From contig DISH01000004.1 in the NCBI GenBank assembly GCA_002421665.1, positions 245,109 to 309,108 of the forward strand: a stretch of DNA of 64,000 nucleotides. Direction: 5' to 3'. Shown one piece after another: positions 47,740-57,281 of this stretch. The DNA is from Candidatus Omnitrophica bacterium UBA6215 (GTDB lineage: Bacteria > Omnitrophota > Gorgyraeia > Pluralincolimonadales > Pluralincolimonadaceae). Both the position numbers and the translations under genes were made by a program. Below the pieces are notes generated by a model. It made no database searches and was not told where the DNA came from. It was given only the letters and a program-made list of their open reading frames with translations. Numbering within the stretch: position 1 is the stretch's first letter; each line of letters starts with the position of its first letter.

Positions 47740-48815
47740 GCGGCGGCGGGTACCTTATAATCAATCCTTTCGGGATAGGCGACGTTCTTTTTACTACTCC
47801 CGTGATAGAGTCAATAAAGGAAAGCGGACGGGACAGGAAGATAGGCTACCTCTGCAACCGTAGGACGGAGCCGCTGTTGAGGGCGAACCCTAATGTCAGC
47901 CGGGTATTTGTGTATGAAAAAGACGAGCTCAGGCAGCTCTGGAAGGCGTCGAAACTTAGATTTGTCTCGAAAATGCTGTCGTTTATATCTGAAATAAGGC
48001 GCGAGAATTTTGAAACGGCCATAGACCTTTCCCTCAACAGGGAATACGGTTTCATATGTGTTTTAGCCGGGATAAAGAACAGGATAGGTTTTAATTACAG
48101 GAATAGGGGTATATACCTGACCAAGAAAATAGATACAGAAGGTTACTCCGGAAAACATATAATAGAACATTACCTTGAATTGCTCGAATTAGCCGGCATA
48201 AAGCCTTCAGGGAAAGAGGCCCGTCTTTACATACCTGATGCGGATATGAAATGGGCGCGGGATTTCCTTATGCTCAATAATGTCTCCGAAGACCGGATAC
48301 TTGTCGGCCTGGCACCGGCAGGCGGTGCCAGCTGGGGAAAGGATGCGCGTATCAAGCACTGGCGAATAGACGGTTTCGCCGAAGTAGCCGACAGGATAGC
48401 CGACTCCTTCGGCGCCCGCATAATTCTATTCGGCAGCCCAACTGAGGCCAAAGCCTGCGAGAACATGGCCTCTGTCATGCGTAATAGCCCCATAAATGTT
48501 TGCGGGAAAACGTCGCTGATGCAAGCGGCGGCGCTTTTGAGTAGATGCAGGCTGGTTATAGCTAATGATGGCGGCCTGTTGCATCTAGCGGCGGCAGCCG
48601 GGGCAGGGACGGTGGGTATATTCGGGCCGGTTGACGAAAAGGTCTACGGACAGTATCCCTGCGGCCCCGCCCACAGGACCGTAAGGGAGGAGGTCTCGTG
48701 CCGTCCGTGTTACGTGAATTTCAGGATGAAAGATTGCCCGGACAGGATATGCTTGAGCAGGATAGAACCGGACATGGTCTTTAAAGAGGCATCGGAGGTC
48801 ATTTTACTGAAATGA
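47736..48815 (+). CDS. GT9 family LPS heptosyltransferase (second copy)
   Basis: YLIINPFGIGDVLFTTPVIESIK ... VIANDGGLLHLAAAAGAGTVGIFGP. ATGA overlap. Confidence 0.85.
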   Translation: MSGGGYLIINPFGIGDVLFTTPVIESIKESGRDRKIGYLCNRRTEPLLRANPNVSRVFVYEKDELRQLWKASKLRFVSKMLSFISEIRRENFETAIDLSLNREYGFICVLAGIKNRIGFNYRNRGIYLTKKIDTEGYSGKHIIEHYLELLELAGIKPSGKEARLYIPDADMKWARDFLMLNNVSEDRILVGLAPAGGASWGKDARIKHWRIDGFAEVADRIADSFGARIILFGSPTEAKACENMASVMRNSPINVCGKTSLMQAAALLSRCRLVIANDGGLLHLAAAAGAGTVGIFGPVDEKVYGQYPCGPAHRTVREEVSCRPCYVNFRMKDCPDRICLSRIEPDMVFKEASEVILLK

Positions 48816-49645
48816 AGCTGGCGTTGATATTCAATAAAGACAGGGAAGATACCATAGGCTGTTATTTCGAGAACGCCGCCGGCGCCCTCAAGCTGGATTA
48901 CGGCCATTTTTGGACGAATGATCCGGCAATACCCGCAGGTTATGACCTTTATCTGCGCATAGACCACGGGGATTACAAATACGACATACCGGATCATCTC
49001 AAACCTTGCGCGTTCTATGCCATAGATACCCATCTGGAAAAACCTTACCGCAAGATCCGCGCCCAGGCTGCCCACTATGACTACCTGTTCTGCGCCCAGA
49101 AGTCAGGCGCAGAGAAGATAAGCCGTGACACAGGCAAGAAGGCTTGCTGGGTACCTATAGCCTGTGACCCCGAAACGCATAAGGATCTCGGGATAAAAAG
49201 GCGCCTCGACCTGGCTTTCGTGGGGACGGAGGGAAAAAAGAACCCGCGGGGGGAATTACTTAAGGCGTTGTCCCGCAGGTATACGAACAGTTTCATAGGC
49301 AGGGCCGAGTCGCGGCTTATGTCCAATATATACAGCAGCGCAAAAATAGGGTTCAATTATTCGATAAATAACGATATAAACATGAGGATGTTCGAAGTCA
49401 TGTCGTGCGGTGCGCTCCTGGTGACCAACAGGATCAGTGACAACGGTTTCGAGGAGCTTTTTTCCGAGGACGAGAACGTGATCGTATATGACAACAAAGA
49501 TAGTCTGTTCGCCAAGATAGACCGTTTCCTTTCCGATGACAAGGCCAGGGAAAAGATAGCCGGGGCGGGCAAGCGCCTGGCTGTATCCAGGTATACGTAT
49601 ACGGACAGGTTAAAGATGATGCTGGAGGCTTGCGGATGGAAGTAA
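48812..49645 (+). CDS. CgeB-like glycosyltransferase (Glyco_trans_1_2 C-terminal domain)
   Basis: RMFEVMSCGALLVTN...ENVIVYDNKDSLFAKIDRFLSDDKAREKIAGAGKRLAVSRYTYTDR matches the CgeB/DUF3880-associated GT pattern. Confidence 0.6.
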   Translation: MKLALIFNKDREDTIGCYFENAAGALKLDYGHFWTNDPAIPAGYDLYLRIDHGDYKYDIPDHLKPCAFYAIDTHLEKPYRKIRAQAAHYDYLFCAQKSGAEKISRDTGKKACWVPIACDPETHKDLGIKRRLDLAFVGTEGKKNPRGELLKALSRRYTNSFIGRAESRLMSNIYSSAKIGFNYSINNDINMRMFEVMSCGALLVTNRISDNGFEELFSEDENVIVYDNKDSLFAKIDRFLSDDKAREKIAGAGKRLAVSRYTYTDRLKMMLEACGWK

Positions 49646-50667
49646 AATGCGACCTTATACTCTTGAGTTGGAATAACCTGGATATCCTAAAAAGATGCGT
49701 CGGGTCCGTGCTCAACTGCACTCGGGAACGCTGCCGCCTCATCATTGTCGATAATGCTTCTTCGGAGCGCGGAATCAGGGAATATCTTTGTTCGCTGAAA
49801 GGGAGCCGAACGGTTGATATAGAGGTAATGTTCAATACGGTAAATGAAGGTTTCGCGCGCGGCATGAACAAAGGGCTCATGGCTTCAAGAGCGCCGTTCG
49901 CCTGTATAATGAACAACGACCTTATTGTGACGGACAGCTGGCTTACCGAGATGATAAAGGTAGCGGAGAGCGATTTTTCCATCGGGCTGGTCAACCCCTC
50001 GTCGAACAATTTCGGCCTGAGACCGCCCAAAGGATCGAGCCTTGAGAAATTTGCCTCCGGACTGGCAGGGGAGTCCGGACGGTGGACCGAGATGAATGCC
50101 TGCGTCGGGTTTTGCATGCTGATAAAGAGGGAAGTGATAGATAAGATAGGTTACCTGGACGACGAGTTCGGGTACGCGTATTTCGAGGATACCGACTACA
50201 GCAGGAGGGCGCAGGCCTCCGGTTATAAATGCGTCCTTGCAAGAGGCTGCTATGTGTTCCACGAGGAAGGAAGATCGGGCGTGTTCCTCAGGAGCAAGAA
50301 GGATACCTTTGACAGGAGCGCGAACATATTTGCGAAAAAATGGGGTAAGGTATTACGTGTCGCGTATGTGCTTACAAAAGTCGGTCCCGACCTTCCGGTA
50401 AAAGCTATGAACAGCATAAAGGGCGAGTTGGACGGGCATAATCGCGTCTGGCTATTTGTAGGGAAAGGCCTGGATACAGGTTCTTTGCCGGATCACCTGG
50501 ACCTTATGGTAGAGTCGAAGCCCATTAATTTCTTTAAGTTGAGGTCGTTTTGGAATATCATAGTAAAGAAGAAAAAGTTCGATAGGATATATTGTGCGGA
50601 CCCCGTCCTGAAAACGGCGCTTTCGGGCTACGGGTTCCTGCGAAAAACGCAGATAAAGAGGATATGA
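49636..50667 (+). CDS. GT2 family glycosyltransferase
   Basis: LILLSWNNLDILKRCVGSV...LIIVDNASS ... MNNDL ... CVGFCMLIKREV. Confidence 0.8.
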   Translation: MEVKCDLILLSWNNLDILKRCVGSVLNCTRERCRLIIVDNASSERGIREYLCSLKGSRTVDIEVMFNTVNEGFARGMNKGLMASRAPFACIMNNDLIVTDSWLTEMIKVAESDFSIGLVNPSSNNFGLRPPKGSSLEKFASGLAGESGRWTEMNACVGFCMLIKREVIDKIGYLDDEFGYAYFEDTDYSRRAQASGYKCVLARGCYVFHEEGRSGVFLRSKKDTFDRSANIFAKKWGKVLRVAYVLTKVGPDLPVKAMNSIKGELDGHNRVWLFVGKGLDTGSLPDHLDLMVESKPINFFKLRSFWNIIVKKKKFDRIYCADPVLKTALSGYGFLRKTQIKRI

Positions 50668-51437
50668 TCATGCCTTCAATAAAGTCACCGCTTTCCGTGG
50701 TGGTCATCGTCAGGAACGAGGAGAAGAAACTTGATGCTTGCCTCGGGAGCGTTACATGGGCCGATGAAATAATCGTGGTCGATGATATGAGCACGGATAA
50801 CACCATCGCTATAGCGCGGCGTTATACCGACATGATATTCACGCGCAAGATGGATAATGAAGGCCGGCATAGGAATTGGGCGTATGCCCAGGCGAAGAAT
50901 AAATGGGTTTTAAGCCTCGACGCCGATGAGGTTGTGACCCCTGAACTGAAGGATGAGATAGCGTCAGTACTTTCCGCGGATCCCGTAGAGAACGGTTTTA
51001 CAATCCCGAGAAGGAACTATATCGGGAGCCACTGGGTCAAATACGGCGGGTGGTATCCGAGCCCGCAATTGAGGCTTTTTAAGAAGGACAATTTCAAGTA
51101 TGAGGAGGTTGGTGTTCATCCGCGGGCTATAATGCCCGGCCCCTGCGGCCACCTGAAAAGCGATATGCTTCATTTCTCCTATGATGATATCGCCGAACTC
51201 GTGAGGTCGCTTAACGGGCAAACGACCAAGGAAGCCGAAAAATGGATATCCGGCGGCAGGAAGATGCGGATGTCTAAGGCCATTTGGAGGGCTATTGACA
51301 GGTTTTACAGGGCTTATATAGGCAAAAAAGGCCGTCGTGACGGGGTCATCGGACTTATCGTTGCCGTTAACGGCGCGATGTATCAGGTGCTTAGCTATGC
51401 GAAATATAGGATAAAAAATGCAGAACCAAAAACTTAG
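50664..51437 (+). CDS. GT2 LPS-core-type glycosyltransferase (WaaE/KdtX-like)
   Basis: LSVVVIVRNEEKKLDACLGSVTWADEIIVVDDMSTDNT ... LSLDADE. ATGA overlap with the upstream gene. Confidence 0.75.
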   Translation: MIMPSIKSPLSVVVIVRNEEKKLDACLGSVTWADEIIVVDDMSTDNTIAIARRYTDMIFTRKMDNEGRHRNWAYAQAKNKWVLSLDADEVVTPELKDEIASVLSADPVENGFTIPRRNYIGSHWVKYGGWYPSPQLRLFKKDNFKYEEVGVHPRAIMPGPCGHLKSDMLHFSYDDIAELVRSLNGQTTKEAEKWISGGRKMRMSKAIWRAIDRFYRAYIGKKGRRDGVIGLIVAVNGAMYQVLSYAKYRIKNAEPKT

Positions 51438-52188
51438 CGTAGTCATACTGACTAAGAACGCCCAAGATTGCGTGGAAGCCTGCCTCGAGAGCGTAAAATG
51501 GGCCGACGAGATCGTCGTAATAGACGGATTCTCTACCGATAAGACCTTTGAGATATGCAGGAGGTACACCGACAGGATAATCAGAAGCGAATTCGAGGGT
51601 TTTGCCCTTGAAAGGAACAAAGGGATCGATAACTCTACAGGCGATTGGATACTGCAACTCGACGCCGATGAGGTCGTTACCCCCCGGCTTACCTCGGCGC
51701 TTAAAGAGGCGATGGCTTCCGGTTCAAGCGCCGTCGGGTACAAGTTCAGGAGAAAGAACTATTTCCTGGGCCACCCCATGAAATACGGCGGGTGGTACCA
51801 TTATTCAGCCCATTTTTTTAAGAGAGGCTGCGGCAGGTATGAGGGCCTTATACATGAAAGGCTCAAGCTTACCGGGCCTCAGGGGGTCATCGAAGCGGAG
51901 ATAGAGCACAGGCCGTTCAACTCCATGGAGCAATTCCTGGAAAGGCAGAACAGGTATACGGGTTACGAGGCAAAGGACATTTTTAACGAGAAAGGCGTTC
52001 TGCCGCTGAAAATAGTACTATATAACCTTAAGGTCAAGCCGCTTAAATTGTTCTGGAAGCTCTATATAAAGAAACAGGGTTTCAGAGAAGGCAGGATAGG
52101 CTTCATATTCTGCATAATGTTCGCATATGTGCATTTCATGAAATGGGCAAAATATTGGGAGCTCACCTATGGTGAAAAGGCAGGATAA
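51418..52188 (+). CDS. GT2 LPS-core-type glycosyltransferase (WaaE/KdtX-like), tandem paralog
   Basis: LSVVILTKNAQDCVEACLESVKWADEIVVIDGFSTDKT ... LQLDADE; clearly paralogous to the preceding gene. Confidence 0.75.
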   Translation: MQNQKLSVVILTKNAQDCVEACLESVKWADEIVVIDGFSTDKTFEICRRYTDRIIRSEFEGFALERNKGIDNSTGDWILQLDADEVVTPRLTSALKEAMASGSSAVGYKFRRKNYFLGHPMKYGGWYHYSAHFFKRGCGRYEGLIHERLKLTGPQGVIEAEIEHRPFNSMEQFLERQNRYTGYEAKDIFNEKGVLPLKIVLYNLKVKPLKLFWKLYIKKQGFREGRIGFIFCIMFAYVHFMKWAKYWELTYGEKAG

Positions 52189-52762
52189 GGTAATATTCCT
52201 CGACAGGGACGGCGTAATAAATGTCGATCCCGAATTCATAAATGATTACAGGTATGTCACTAAGTGGAATGAGTTCAGGTTCCTGCCGAGGGTAAAACGC
52301 GCCATCCGCCGTCTTTCCGGGAACGGGTATGCAATATATATCATATCGAACCAGGCGGGCATCGGAAAGGGGTATTTTACGTTAAAGGACCTTAAGGACG
52401 TGACGGACAGGATGAAGAGGCAGATCGAAAAGGCGGGAGGCAGGATCGCGGATGCTTTTTACTGTCCGCATCGGCAGGAAGACAACTGCGCCTGCAGGAA
52501 GCCTAAGGCCGGCCTTTTTAAGAAAGCTCTCAAACGCGGTAAGATAGATTTCAGCAAGACATATTTCATAGGGGATAATATACGGGATGTCGAAGCAGGC
52601 CATGCCATAGGTTGCAGGACAATCCTGGTGTTGTCCGGGAAGACCAGGAAGAGTGACATAAGCAAGAGGGCGTGGAATGCAGGATCGAAGCCGGATTTCA
52701 TAAAACAAGACCTGTTCGATGCTGTCGACCTGGTACTCAAGGGAGATAAAAAGAACCGATGA
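52169..52762 (+). CDS. gmhB: D-glycero-D-manno-heptose 1,7-bisphosphate 7-phosphatase (HAD family)
   Basis: FLDRDGVIN (HAD motif I) and Zn motif CPHRQEDNCACRKPK characteristic of GmhB. Confidence 0.8.
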   Translation: MVKRQDKVIFLDRDGVINVDPEFINDYRYVTKWNEFRFLPRVKRAIRRLSGNGYAIYIISNQAGIGKGYFTLKDLKDVTDRMKRQIEKAGGRIADAFYCPHRQEDNCACRKPKAGLFKKALKRGKIDFSKTYFIGDNIRDVEAGHAIGCRTILVLSGKTRKSDISKRAWNAGSKPDFIKQDLFDAVDLVLKGDKKNR

Positions 52763-53883
52763 AAATATTCATTGTTCACGCGCCGGCAGGGGCCGGCCAT
52801 AAGAGCGCGGCATTCGCGATAAAAGATGCTTTTGATAAGGCAAAGACCGGACATGACGTGAGGGTGATAGACTCCCTCGAATATACCAACGGGCTCTTCC
52901 GCTGGATGTATATATGGGGATACAATTTTATGGTATCGAAAGCTTCGTTCCTTTGGAGCTTCTCGTTCTATATTACCGACTTCAAGCCTATAAGACCGCT
53001 TATCAGGTCATTCAGGCGTATGGTGAATTTCGTCAACGGATACGCTTTTTACCGCCTGGTGAGGAAGGAGAGGCCTGATTGTATCGTGACCACGCATTTT
53101 TTTGCTACGGAGATAGTATCGAACCTTAAACTTTCCAAGATGTACGCCGGCGAACTGGTCACCGTCATTACCGATTACGGCGTGCATGATTTCTGGATAT
53201 CTTCCCAGGTTGACATATATGCGGTTGCCTCCGAATATACGAAAAAAGAACTTATCTCAAAAGGGATACCTTCCGAGAAGATAAGGGTGCTTGGCATACC
53301 CGTACAGGAGAAATTCACCCGCAGGTGGGAAAGGACGGAAGCGGCCCGTAACCTGGGCCTTGAGGAAGGTTTGTTCACGGTGTTGATCATAGGCGGAGGT
53401 CTTGGGGTCGGGCCGATAGCACAGATGGTCGAGACCATAGCGCATACACAGGAGCCTTTCCAGCTAATGGTGGTATGCGGCAAGAACGAATCCCTTAAAA
53501 AAGAGATAGAAGAGATAGCCTCTAAAGCCAGGACCCCCATGAAGGTATACGGTTTTGCGGATAATGTCAACGAGCTCATGGATGCTTGTGACGTCATGAT
53601 ATCCAAACCGGGAGGGCTGAGCATATCCGAGGCTATGGTAAAAGGGGTCCCGGTAATAGTGAACACCTTTATCCCCGGCCAGGAAGAGAATAACCTGAAC
53701 TTCCTGGAAAAGAACGGCGTCGGCGTGGGTACGAAGACGATCGCCCAAACCCTGGACAAACTCGAATATCTTTTCAGACATAAGGAACTTCTCGACGGAA
53801 TGAGGGCAAAGGCCAAGCAGCTTGGCAAGCCGTCTTCGGCCAGTGATATTGTCCTGCTGGTATTGGAGACCGTAGAAAAATGA
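52759..53883 (+). CDS. GT28 family glycosyltransferase (MGDG synthase / UgtP-like diacylglycerol glycosyltransferase)
   Basis: N-terminus KIFIVHAPAGAGHKSAAFAI (MGDG_synth-like), C-terminus MISKPGGLSISEAMVKGVPVIV (GT28 C-terminal). Confidence 0.7.
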   Translation: MKIFIVHAPAGAGHKSAAFAIKDAFDKAKTGHDVRVIDSLEYTNGLFRWMYIWGYNFMVSKASFLWSFSFYITDFKPIRPLIRSFRRMVNFVNGYAFYRLVRKERPDCIVTTHFFATEIVSNLKLSKMYAGELVTVITDYGVHDFWISSQVDIYAVASEYTKKELISKGIPSEKIRVLGIPVQEKFTRRWERTEAARNLGLEEGLFTVLIIGGGLGVGPIAQMVETIAHTQEPFQLMVVCGKNESLKKEIEEIASKARTPMKVYGFADNVNELMDACDVMISKPGGLSISEAMVKGVPVIVNTFIPGQEENNLNFLEKNGVGVGTKTIAQTLDKLEYLFRHKELLDGMRAKAKQLGKPSSASDIVLLVLETVEK

Positions 53884-54560
53884 GTTCTCAGGAGCATAAG
53901 AAGGAGTTGATGTCCATACTTAAAGATATCAGGGCATATGTGGGTTCCGAAAAAGCCTGCGGCATAGAGATGCTCACGATATCGGGAAGCACTGGATGCA
54001 AGAAGGGTGTTGACCGTATTTCGGCGTTGAAGGAAGAAGTTCTCTCATGCCGCGCCTGCCCGCTTCACCGGACTAAAAAGAATTATGTCTTCTCGGACGG
54101 AGACCCCCGCGCCAAGCTTATGTTCGTCGGGGAAGCCCCCGGAGAGGACGAAGATATCCAGGGCAGACCTTTTGTCGGACGCGCAGGCCAGCTGCTTACA
54201 AAGATGATAGAAGCGATGGGCCTCAAGAGGCAGGAAGTCTATATCTGCAATGTTCTCAAATGCAGACCCCCCAATAACAGGAGCCCGCAACCCGAAGAGG
54301 TATCTGCGTGCAAAGGCTTCCTTTTGCGCCAAATTGATATAGTTTCACCCAGAATTATCTGCTGCCTTGGCAAGCATGCCGCCCAGGCTTTACTTGATAT
54401 GGAAGTCCCTATAACTAAGATCAGGGGAAAGGAGATGGATTTTTACGGCAGGATAATGATACCTACATACCATCCCGCTTATCTGCTCAGGAACCCTTCA
54501 GCCAAGAAAGAAGCCTGGGACGACCTTAAGAAGATCATGAAGATGCTATCGGAGGTTTGA
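53880..54560 (+). CDS. uracil-DNA glycosylase, family 4 (Fe-S)
   Basis: CRACPL, FVGEAPGEDEDIQGRPFVGRAGQLL, YHPAYLLRNP. Confidence 0.85.
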   Translation: MSSQEHKKELMSILKDIRAYVGSEKACGIEMLTISGSTGCKKGVDRISALKEEVLSCRACPLHRTKKNYVFSDGDPRAKLMFVGEAPGEDEDIQGRPFVGRAGQLLTKMIEAMGLKRQEVYICNVLKCRPPNNRSPQPEEVSACKGFLLRQIDIVSPRIICCLGKHAAQALLDMEVPITKIRGKEMDFYGRIMIPTYHPAYLLRNPSAKKEAWDDLKKIMKMLSEV

Positions 54561-56569
54561 TCTTGTCCGAAAAAGATTACGTTGAGATCGCTATCGGGCT
54601 TCCGGTAAGGAAGCCTTTTCATTACAGGGTGCCCGAGGGCCTTAAAGAGAAGGCCTTCCTGGGCAAAAGGGTACTTGTACCGTTCGGCCCCCGAAAGGTT
54701 GTGGGTTATATCGTCGGGTTCCCCGGGAATACGGACGTGGAGACGGTCAAGGACATCATAACCGTGATAGATGAGGCCGAGCCTGTCCTTGATGCTGAAA
54801 TGTTGTCTTTAACGAAGTGGATATCAGACCGGTACCATTCTTCATGGGGTGAGGCGATCGAGGCAGCCCTTCCCGGACCGATAAAGAAAGGAAAGATAAA
54901 AGCCGCTCCCAGGCATCCCGAGCCGGAAGATAACTACCGGCCGACCAGGCGGCATGAGCCTACCGGAGAGCAAGCCGCAGCACTAAAACCGATTATAGCC
55001 TCTCTGTCAAAGGATGGCGGCGATATCTTTCTGTTACACGGAATAACGGGAAGCGGGAAGACCGAGGTGTACCTGCAGGCGATCGAGGCGGTTCTGAAGA
55101 TGGGCAGGTCATCGATAGTCCTTGTCCCTGAGATATCGCTTACCCCGCAGACCGTCGAATGGTTCAAATCCAGGTTTGGGGGGATCGTTGCAGTGCTGCA
55201 CAGCCGGCTTCTGGATACCGAAAGGTTCGTAGAGTGGAAAAAACTCAAGGACGGTAAGGCCCGTATAGCGGTCGGGGCGCGCTCAGCGGTCTTTGCGCCC
55301 GTTAAAGACCTGGGCCTGATAGTTATCGATGAAGAACAAGAGACCTCTTATAAACAGGACGAGACCCCCCGCTATAACGCCAGGGATGTGGCGGTCGAGA
55401 GGGCGAGGATTTCCGGGGCTACCGTCATATTCGGCGGGGCAACCCCTTCGATAGAGACTTACAAGAAGGCCCTTGACGGTGAATACAAATTGCTCAGGAT
55501 GACGGAGAGGATAGAAAAGCGTTCTCTTCCGAAGGTAAGTATCATAGACATGCGTCAGGAGATGATAGACGTAAAGGGATCGAGGGTATTTTCCAGAGCC
55601 CTCGAACACGCGGTCTCTCAGGTACTAAGGAAAAAGGGACAAGTCATGTTGTTCATGAACCGCAGGGGTTTTTCGACTTTCATAAATTGCAAGAAATGCG
55701 GCCATGTTGTCAGGTGCAAAAATTGCAATGTCTCGCTTACCTATCATTTTGACACCAAGAAGTTGAGCTGCCATTATTGCGGTTATCAGGCCGACCCTCC
55801 GCTAAAATGCCCCAGATGCAAGAGCGAAGATATCCGTTATTTCGGCGCCGGCACCCAGAAGATAGAGAGTGAGGCCGCCAGGCTCTTCCCCGAAGCGCGA
55901 ATTGCCAGGATGGATACGGATGCCACGGCAAAGAGGGGCTCGCATAAGCAGATACTGGGGGATTTCAGGAAGCACAAGATCGATATCCTTATCGGGACGC
56001 AGATGATAGCCAAGGGCCATGATTTTCCGTGTGTCATGCTCGTCGGCGTCATATCGGCGGATACGGCCTTGAACCTTCCCGATTTTCGGGCCGGAGAGAG
56101 GACATTTAACCTGCTTACGCAGGTAGCCGGAAGGGCCGGAAGGGGTGAAGAACCCGGTAAGGTGATAATCCAGACTTTTTCGCCGGCGCATTATGCCATC
56201 GAAAAGAGCGTGAACCATGACTACAAGGGATTTTTTGATGAGGAGATAAAGTTCAGGGAAGAATTAGCGTATCCTCCTTTTACGAGGATCGTTGAGGTGA
56301 AATTAAAGGGGAGAAATGAGGAGAAGCTTATAAAGTCTGCCCATGACCTGGCATCGTTGATATCGGCGCTTATCCCCGGAACGGATACCGAACTTGTCGG
56401 TCCGGCGCCCGAGTTTATATCCAGGATGAAGGGACAGTTCAGGTGGGCTATGATGCTTAAAGGCAAAGACCCGCGTGCCATGTGCGAGGTTATAGATAAA
56501 GCGCTTGGTTCATTGAAGGGGAGGTCCGGCGTTACGATAACGATCGACGTGGACCCGCTCGGGCTTTAG
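54557..56569 (+). CDS. priA: primosomal protein N' (replication restart helicase)
   Basis: HGITGSGKTEVYL (Walker A), DEEQE, and zinc-binding cysteines CKKCGHVVRCKNCNVSLTYH...CHYCG. TTG start, TTGA overlap. Confidence 0.95.
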   Translation: MILSEKDYVEIAIGLPVRKPFHYRVPEGLKEKAFLGKRVLVPFGPRKVVGYIVGFPGNTDVETVKDIITVIDEAEPVLDAEMLSLTKWISDRYHSSWGEAIEAALPGPIKKGKIKAAPRHPEPEDNYRPTRRHEPTGEQAAALKPIIASLSKDGGDIFLLHGITGSGKTEVYLQAIEAVLKMGRSSIVLVPEISLTPQTVEWFKSRFGGIVAVLHSRLLDTERFVEWKKLKDGKARIAVGARSAVFAPVKDLGLIVIDEEQETSYKQDETPRYNARDVAVERARISGATVIFGGATPSIETYKKALDGEYKLLRMTERIEKRSLPKVSIIDMRQEMIDVKGSRVFSRALEHAVSQVLRKKGQVMLFMNRRGFSTFINCKKCGHVVRCKNCNVSLTYHFDTKKLSCHYCGYQADPPLKCPRCKSEDIRYFGAGTQKIESEAARLFPEARIARMDTDATAKRGSHKQILGDFRKHKIDILIGTQMIAKGHDFPCVMLVGVISADTALNLPDFRAGERTFNLLTQVAGRAGRGEEPGKVIIQTFSPAHYAIEKSVNHDYKGFFDEEIKFREELAYPPFTRIVEVKLKGRNEEKLIKSAHDLASLISALIPGTDTELVGPAPEFISRMKGQFRWAMMLKGKDPRAMCEVIDKALGSLKGRSGVTITIDVDPLGL

Positions 56570-56574
56570 ATGTT

Positions 56575-57183
56575 TTACTGCTGGTTGTCGAAGCTGCCCT
56601 TAAGGGTCTTTATGGCATCGAGTTCTTTTATCCCGTGCTCGGCATCCATGTCGTTCGGGTTTACTTTAAGGGTTGCGCTGAAGAAAGCCCTGGCTTTATC
56701 GTAATTCTCTATACTCTTGTAAAGCTCCCCAAGCCTCTTTAAAGCCGCGAAATTCTTGTTATCCATTATAGGAACGCCCTCAATGATCTTGATCGCTCCC
56801 ATAGTATCCCCTTCACTTATAAGGCAGTCGGCTATGGCGTTCAGGATGGCAGGGTTTGAAGGGTCTGCCCTCATAGCTTTTTCATATTTGTATACAGCCT
56901 GGGATGTCTTTCCCGTTTTTTGAAGGGAGAACGCCTGCATCATGATTATAAAGCCGGTGACCTTACCTATCAGCATGGATATGACGTTGGAATGGCGCTT
57001 GCTGTTCTCCCAAAGCGAAAGCCAAAGATAATAACGGGCTTCTGCAAAATCCTCTTTCAGGGCCAGGGCGGCGCCGAAGAGTTCTATGGCATACGCAAAA
57101 TTCTCTCTCTGTATTGCCGCTATGCCTTTGTCGTAATAGTCTTTGATCTGTTTTGGAAGGGCATTGAGGGAACCTTCTTCCAT
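56575..57183 (-). CDS. TPR-repeat protein
   Basis: The only clear minus-strand gene. Repeated TPR-like helices (AYAIELFGAALALKEDFAEARYYLWLSL; ALKRLGELYKSIENYDKARAFF). AAGGAGA SD 7 nt upstream of the ATG on the minus strand. Confidence 0.7.
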   Translation of the reverse strand: MEEGSLNALPKQIKDYYDKGIAAIQRENFAYAIELFGAALALKEDFAEARYYLWLSLWENSKRHSNVISMLIGKVTGFIIMMQAFSLQKTGKTSQAVYKYEKAMRADPSNPAILNAIADCLISEGDTMGAIKIIEGVPIMDNKNFAALKRLGELYKSIENYDKARAFFSATLKVNPNDMDAEHGIKELDAIKTLKGSFDNQQ

Positions 57184-57240
57184 CGGAGTTCTCCTTTTTT
57201 AGAATTATAGAGCATAGGTAAGCAAGGTGTCAATCCTTTT

Positions 57241-57270
57241 TTGGATTTGGAATTTATCGCCGTTTATAGT
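57241..57270 (+). promoter_or_regulatory. candidate sigma70-like promoter for def-fmt in the divergent intergenic region (TTGGAT-N18-TATAGT)
   Basis: Hexamers read directly from the sequence. The -10 ends ~12 nt before the def ATG (57282), implying a very short leader. Confidence 0.25.
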
Positions 57271-57281
57271 AAAATAATGCC

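Noticed and set aside
53175-53897. 240-aa minus-strand ORF inside the GT28 gene
   Set aside because: Antisense shadow ORF, Ser/Thr-rich.
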